Origin: the human T2T-CHM13v2.0 reference genome, Homo sapiens
Length of the DNA: 64,000 bases
Strand: one strand, 5' to 3'
Assembly: GCF_009914755.1 (NCBI RefSeq)
Contig: NC_060931.1
Below, piece by piece: positions 58,295 through 64,000 of this stretch. The position numbers and the translations under genes are program-made. Below the pieces are notes generated by a model. That model had not been told where the DNA came from and did no database searches. It saw only the letters and a list, made by a program, of their open reading frames with translations. Positions within the stretch are counted from its first letter, which is position 1; each line of letters begins with the position of its first letter.

Positions 58295-60878
58295 TTAGGA
58301 AGTTTGAATCTTTAATAATGTGCAGTGAGTATGCCTACCCTTTGCCCCAGAGGGAGACATTAAATTTATTATACTGGACAAAAATATAAACTTTCCTTTG
58401 CTCTGGAGTGAGGCACTATCTCTTTTTCAAGGCTTTCCACTATATAAATATCTTTGAAAAGCTAGTTCAGAACAAATGTGGTCAGTGCCTCTGTTTGCAA
58501 AATGTGCAGAAATATTAAAGATAGATAGAGCAGTGTCTCCAACAATTTCAGAGAGGAATATCTAACAAGTCCTAACTCTGAGGCTTAGTTATCGTATAAT
58601 TCTGAGCAAGACTTAAAACTTACTTGTACTTCAGTTTTCTTCTCTCTAAAAATACAAAGTTTGGCAATGATCAATAATGCTGAAATCCCATAATTCTGCT
58701 GTGCCTTTTCCCCATATAGACTTGTCACAGACTTTATCTTCAGTAGTAGGTAGAGACAGGAATGCTAAGAAAGGAGAGATGATCATGCTGGTAAATGTGG
58801 CTGGAACCCATGCAAGTGAGGCAGGACAGAGTGTTGGCTAGATGCAGTGGAGTGATTGGAGATCGCACGTAAGGCTAACACAGTCTGTTCCATTCCATAG
58901 CCAGAGTGTACCTGACATTAGACTTGTGACTCACATTGAAGGGCACACATCCACGGAATTTTTACTGGCTAGCACAAAGATTTATTTTTATCTTGCCATT
59001 TAATGCTTTGCCTTTTGAAAAAAAAGTGTCATACTTGTTAGTTGGCCCAAATTTGTTGCTAATGTTTTTGGTTGCTTTTTATTAAGTTTGCTCATTTTGA
59101 TAAAAGGGAATTTTTCATCATATTTGAAAGACAAGTATAAAACAAAACATAAGAGAACTGTTTTGCTTGGGCTGTGAGTTGTTGTTTTTGTTCTTTTTAG
59201 TACAGCATCGCCATCTAAAAAATCCTGGTTAAAAGTTTGCCCAATTTTTGGCCATAACTCATTCATTCCAGTAGTTTTATCTTAGCTCTGAGCACTGACC
59301 TTCATGTGAAGCTTGAAATATACCAGGACTTGTATTCAAAGATAGCATTTTGAACATTTTAGGATTTGTGTCCTCATTTTAAAAGTAACATGTGAGTATA
59401 TAAAGAAAAATAATAGGTAAAAACACCTTTTGTTGTATCAAAAACAAGACAGAGCTTTAAAAATTATAGATACTATTTACTACCAAATATAAAATATATC
59501 TTCAAAATAATATAATTAATATATAATTTATATTTAATATAATTAAAATAATTTTTAAACATTGACCAATAATAGTTATTTATTTTAGGTGGCACTGATG
59601 ATTACTCTTAATATCCCAGGTCTAATATTCTAAGCAAACTTTCAGAGAAGGTTAAAGTTTGCTTGTTCTCTGTGTTCTCAAATCCTGATACCCCCTCTCT
59701 GTGGATTCTGTGGGCTCCTTAATGCTTCTGTCATTCCAAAGAATCTCACCTCTGTCCCAAACATGATTATATTCCTTATGCAAAACATTCCACTCCCAAG
59801 TAAAATTCTCATCTCTTTAATATGACTGACTTCAGCTAGGTAATAGCAGAAAGTAAGCTGATGGAACTAATTCAGACTAAATTATACCCTCACCCCAGTA
59901 TAAGCCTCTTAGATGTATTTGCATTTTTATAAAAGAAGCTTGCAAACCCAATGAATTTCTAATTGGTAGAATTTCTGGAAGTGCATTCAAATTCCCATTT
60001 AATTCATCAGTAAGCCATCCATCCCCAAAACTTACCGAATTCATCCACTTTTCTCCATCTCTACCATGACCAGCCTAGTCCAAATCAGCAGTCTCTCATA
60101 TTCTTCTCACTTCCTTTCTTGCTCCTAAATAATCCAGTCCATTCCGTTATCCAGACTCTAGCCAGATTGATCTTCCTCCCACCATTTCGTGAATAACTGA
60201 AGCAAGTTTATTAGGTCTGCTCACATAAGTCTGTTTAGGGACTGAAACAGTACGGCCTAGGTCACCAACTCTTTGATGTTCTGACTTGATCCAGGGACAG
60301 ATTTTATCTAGAATAGGAACAACAAGCCCAAATGCTCACAGGGCCTTGGCATGTGACATAACAAATTTCCTAATAAATTCAGAAGCTTTAGAGGCCAGAT
60401 AACCTGCACCTTTTCAGTATTTGGCCTGCCATCTAATGTAGAGACTTTAACAAAAGCCATTTGGTCTCCAAGAAGAGAAGAGTTGAAGATACAGGAAAGT
60501 ACAAGACAGGAGCAAGTGGTCTCACTGAGACATCTCTCGGCAAGGTTGGAAACCTCTGGATAAATTTCTTCATGTTTCTTATCCCTGTACAATTCAGTAA
60601 CCATTAGGATTCAGATCCCATCCAGTGGTCTAGTCCTTCTTCTCCCACTTCCTCATTCACATGGTTTCCTATACTCCTTTCCCTCAGCACATTCCCTTAG
60701 CCCTTGGTAACTTTAGCTGCCATTTTCCCTCACAAAACAGAAATTTTGCTAGCCAAGGATGACACTGAAGCTGGGTTATTTAATTAAAACTTTACTCTCT
60801 GGTATTAGCAGGGATTTTTCAACATATCTTTGCTACTTTTTCTTACTATCATCTAGTAGCTTTTGAACCATTCAACTC

Positions 60879-61015
60879 TTTTTTATTATTATTTCTTTTG
60901 AGACGAGGTCTCACTATATTGCCTAGGCTGGCCTTAAATTCCTGGGTTCAAATGATCCTTCTGCCTCCACCTCCCAAGGGGCTGAGACTACAGGAGCGGG
61001 CCACCATGCCTGGCT
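60879..61015 (-). mobile_element. FLAM / Alu monomer
   Basis: gagacgaggtctcactatattgcctaggctgg...ccaccatgcctggct; single arm. Confidence 0.8.
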
Positions 61016-62334
61016 CATCCAACATATTTGACAAGAAACTTGTCACTTGGGTTAATTTCTTCCTCTCCATTTCAAATCTGCAATCATTCTTGTCAGTTTC
61101 AACATCTGTAAAGATGGGCCTTTAATTTCATCAGCTGAATCTCATAGCTCTTTGAGTTTATCCATGATCTCATTTCTCTTCAGCTTCAGCTTCAGCCTCC
61201 CACCTCTGTAGCCCTGCTCAGTAACTTTTATCACCCACAACTGTCTCTGGAAGCTCAAACTTACCACTTTATAATCACTTTCTTTTGGCCTTCCTCATTC
61301 CTTCAACACCACCAATCTTGGAAACTCAGATGACATTTTTGGTAATCTTAATTCTGTCACTTTCCCCAAGTCCAACAGTCATTTTTTAAATCATAATTTC
61401 TTTGCTGCCAAGCCTGGACCATTTAATCTGTCAGCTGAGGTAGAAACACCTGGAACATTCTTTCACACTAGCGCTTAAGCCACCAACCAATTCTACATTC
61501 TGATTTCTCTTTTCCTATACAAAAAAAAAAAAAAAACATGGGAGTAAATTGCACAGTGTGCTGTTCCCTCCCCCTAGGATGCCTTCCTCACTTACTAAAA
61601 TAGAAAAAATAGATCACACTAATTCTGCAATTGTCAGCTCAACCACCACCACCACAAAGAAAATTGACTAGTGGCCACTGAATTAGCCTCACTCAATTAC
61701 CCTCTAAAATACTTAGGAAAATTCATACCAAAAAATTTTAAGAACTACTCCCAGCATTCATAGTATAGAAGAATCTAGGATAAATTTCCATGCATTCCAA
61801 GGCTGATGTAACTAAATTTTAGTTCCTAATGCTTTTTTCAATTCAGTATGGGTAGAGGAACCCTGTACCTCCATGATCAGGATGTATTTTTAAAAGAAAA
61901 GCCAGCAGAATGTGCTGATGGTTGAGATGTGGTTTATAAAAGAAAGTACCCCTAGAGTTTTTTCCAGTCATTAGTTGAGATAGACAAATTAGACAGTGGG
62001 AAATAGAGCATTAATCTGTCAGTCAACCATAGGATTAAGAGAAGACACACGGCAGTTCACAGACACATTTCTTCCAATTTGAGCATATTGGTTTTAAAAT
62101 GAAATATATATATGAAAATGAGTATCCCAACCAAAGATAATTACTAGAAAAGTTTTTGTGTATACATTTCATACGAAAAATTTAAACTTGCTTTTTTAGA
62201 CATTGACTCGAGAGTATCTTCAGAGTGAAGTCTACCTAATTGGCTAAGATAGTTTTACACTATGTTTCCTCTGTGTTCTTATTATACCTTGAAAAGCCTC
62301 CATTGTAGCAGTGTCACAATGTGGCTTTGTTGCA

Positions 62335-63841
62335 CAGTTGACCCTTGAACAGTGCAAGTGTTAGAAGCACTGACACCTCGTGCACTTGAAGACTTGCCCA
62401 TAACTTTTGACTCCCCCAGAACTTAACTACTAATGGCCTACTGATGACTGAAGCCATACTGATAAAATAAACAGTCAATTAACACATACTTTGTATGCTG
62501 TATGTATTATATACTGTATTTTTATAATAAAATAAGCTAGAGAAAACAATATGTTATTAAGAAAACCATAAGGAAGAGAAAATACATTCACTGTTTATTA
62601 AGTGGAAGTGGATCATCATGAAGGTCTTCATCCTCATCATCTTCTTGCTGAGTAGATTGAGGAGATGGAAAAAGAGGAGGGTTTGGTTCTGCTGCCTCGG
62701 GGAGGCATAGGCAGAGCTGGTGGAGGAAGTGGAAAAGGAGGCAGAGGCAGGCATACTCAGTGAAGCTTTACAAAGTATATCATAATTTCTGTCTGACTTT
62801 TTTGCTTTTTCATTTCTCTAAAAATGTTTCTACATAACACCAGTCCTTCTTCTACAGTTTACTTTAGCTTCAGTGCCCATATCGTAGAAGGGTTCAGTTG
62901 TAAAAGAGGTCAAAAGCCGTATTGTGTAATGCGAACCCTTCTTCCAGGTTGTCTAATGTCAACTTGTTTTCTGGCACTGCTTCTTCTTCATCTTCTTCAT
63001 GATCTGGTACTTGTTTGGAAGGACTCATCTCCATGAAATCATGAATACTTCAAGTTATCTTTTGTTAATTCCTCTGGTGTGGTGTCTATTTGCTCTTGAA
63101 TTTCTCCAAGATCCATATCTTGAAACCCTTCACCTCTTCCCATTTTTTTTTTTTTTTTGCCAAATCCACAAATTATTTCACAATTTCCTTGACTGGCTCT
63201 CTCATTAATCATGTAAAGCCATGCACAACATTGGGACACAGTTTTCTCCAGCAGGAATTTATTCTTTTGGGCTGATGGTTTTCATGGCTTTTTCTATAGC
63301 AACAGTGGCATCTTCAGTGGTGTAATCCTTCCAGATTTTCATGATGTTCTCTCTGTTGGAGCTCTCTTCCATAGCTCTGACAATCCTTTCCAAAGAGTAC
63401 TGTGTATAATGAGCCTTAAAGATCCTATTACCCCCTGATTTAGAGGCTGAATTAGAGACATTGTGTTTGAGGGCAAGTAGACCACTTTGATGCCTTCAAA
63501 GTGTAGAGCTCATGGGGTTCTGTGTGATCAGGGTCATTGTCCAATGTGAAAAGAACTTTAAAAGCAGTCTCTTACTGGCAAAGTATTTCCTGACTTCAGG
63601 AACAAAGCATTGATGGAACCAATCCAGAAAAGGGGCTCTTGTCCAGGCCTTGTTGTATAGCCAAAAGACTGGCAGCTGGCATTTATCTTTGCCCATCAAG
63701 GCTCAGGGGTTAGAAGCTTTATAAGGACAGACCTAATCCTAAACCCAACTGCACTTTCACAAAAGAGTTGAGTTAGCCTACTCCTCCCTGCCTTAAATCC
63801 TAGTGCTCACTTCACTTCCTTACTAATAAATTTCCTTTGTG

Positions 63842-63873
<32 letters not shown>

Positions 63874-64000
63874 ACCTTCATCTGCATTAAAAACCTGTTC
63901 AGGCAGATATCCTTTCTCCTCAATGATTTTCTTAATGGTGTCTGGGAACTCGTCTGCTGCCTCTTAGTTGGCAGAAAATGCTTCTTCTGTTACCCTGACA
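62335..64000 (-). mobile_element. Tigger2 DNA transposon fossil, runs off the window end
   Basis: TIR cagttgacccttgaac; decayed pogo-type DDE transposase peptide GKDKCQLPVFWLYNKAW...FLDWFHQCFVPEVRKY at 63496-63699 (-). Confidence 0.85.

Noticed and set aside
62335-64000. Possible domesticated transposase (TIGD-like)
   Set aside because: The Tigger2 frame is broken by frameshifts and poly(T) expansions.

Overview
Primate (almost certainly human) genomic DNA, intronic apart from three exons. Three canonical GT-AG coding exons on the + strand (5022-5205, 36258-36364, 53575-53650) splice in frame to [10 protein letters not shown]...LLEQ/GDLGSWD...[13 protein letters not shown]...VRRFP, which I recognise as the N-terminal part of CPED1 (C7orf58, 7q31.31; exons 3-5 by my recollection of the numbering). 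The introns hold a sense-oriented HMGN1 processed pseudogene, a solo LTR12C (ERV9), THE1, LTR33 and ERV1 LTRs, ten Alus plus a FLAM (9 of 11 antisense), several L1/L2/MIR fragments and DNA transposon fossils (MER58A, MER5A, MER20, MER44B, MER102, MER2, Tigger2). Most ORFs in the track are repeat-derived or chance. I see no proven new system. The best leads are RNA-processing architectures: a possible stop-free exon 3-4 circle flanked by inverted AluY-type elements, an in-frame CPED1-HMGN1P acceptor, a frame-compatible 40-nt micro-exon, an exon-4 read-through ORF and an LTR12C cryptic promoter. There are also several templated-duplication and micro-inversion scars. Repeat subfamily names come from memory of consensus sequences, and boundaries of old repeats are approximate.
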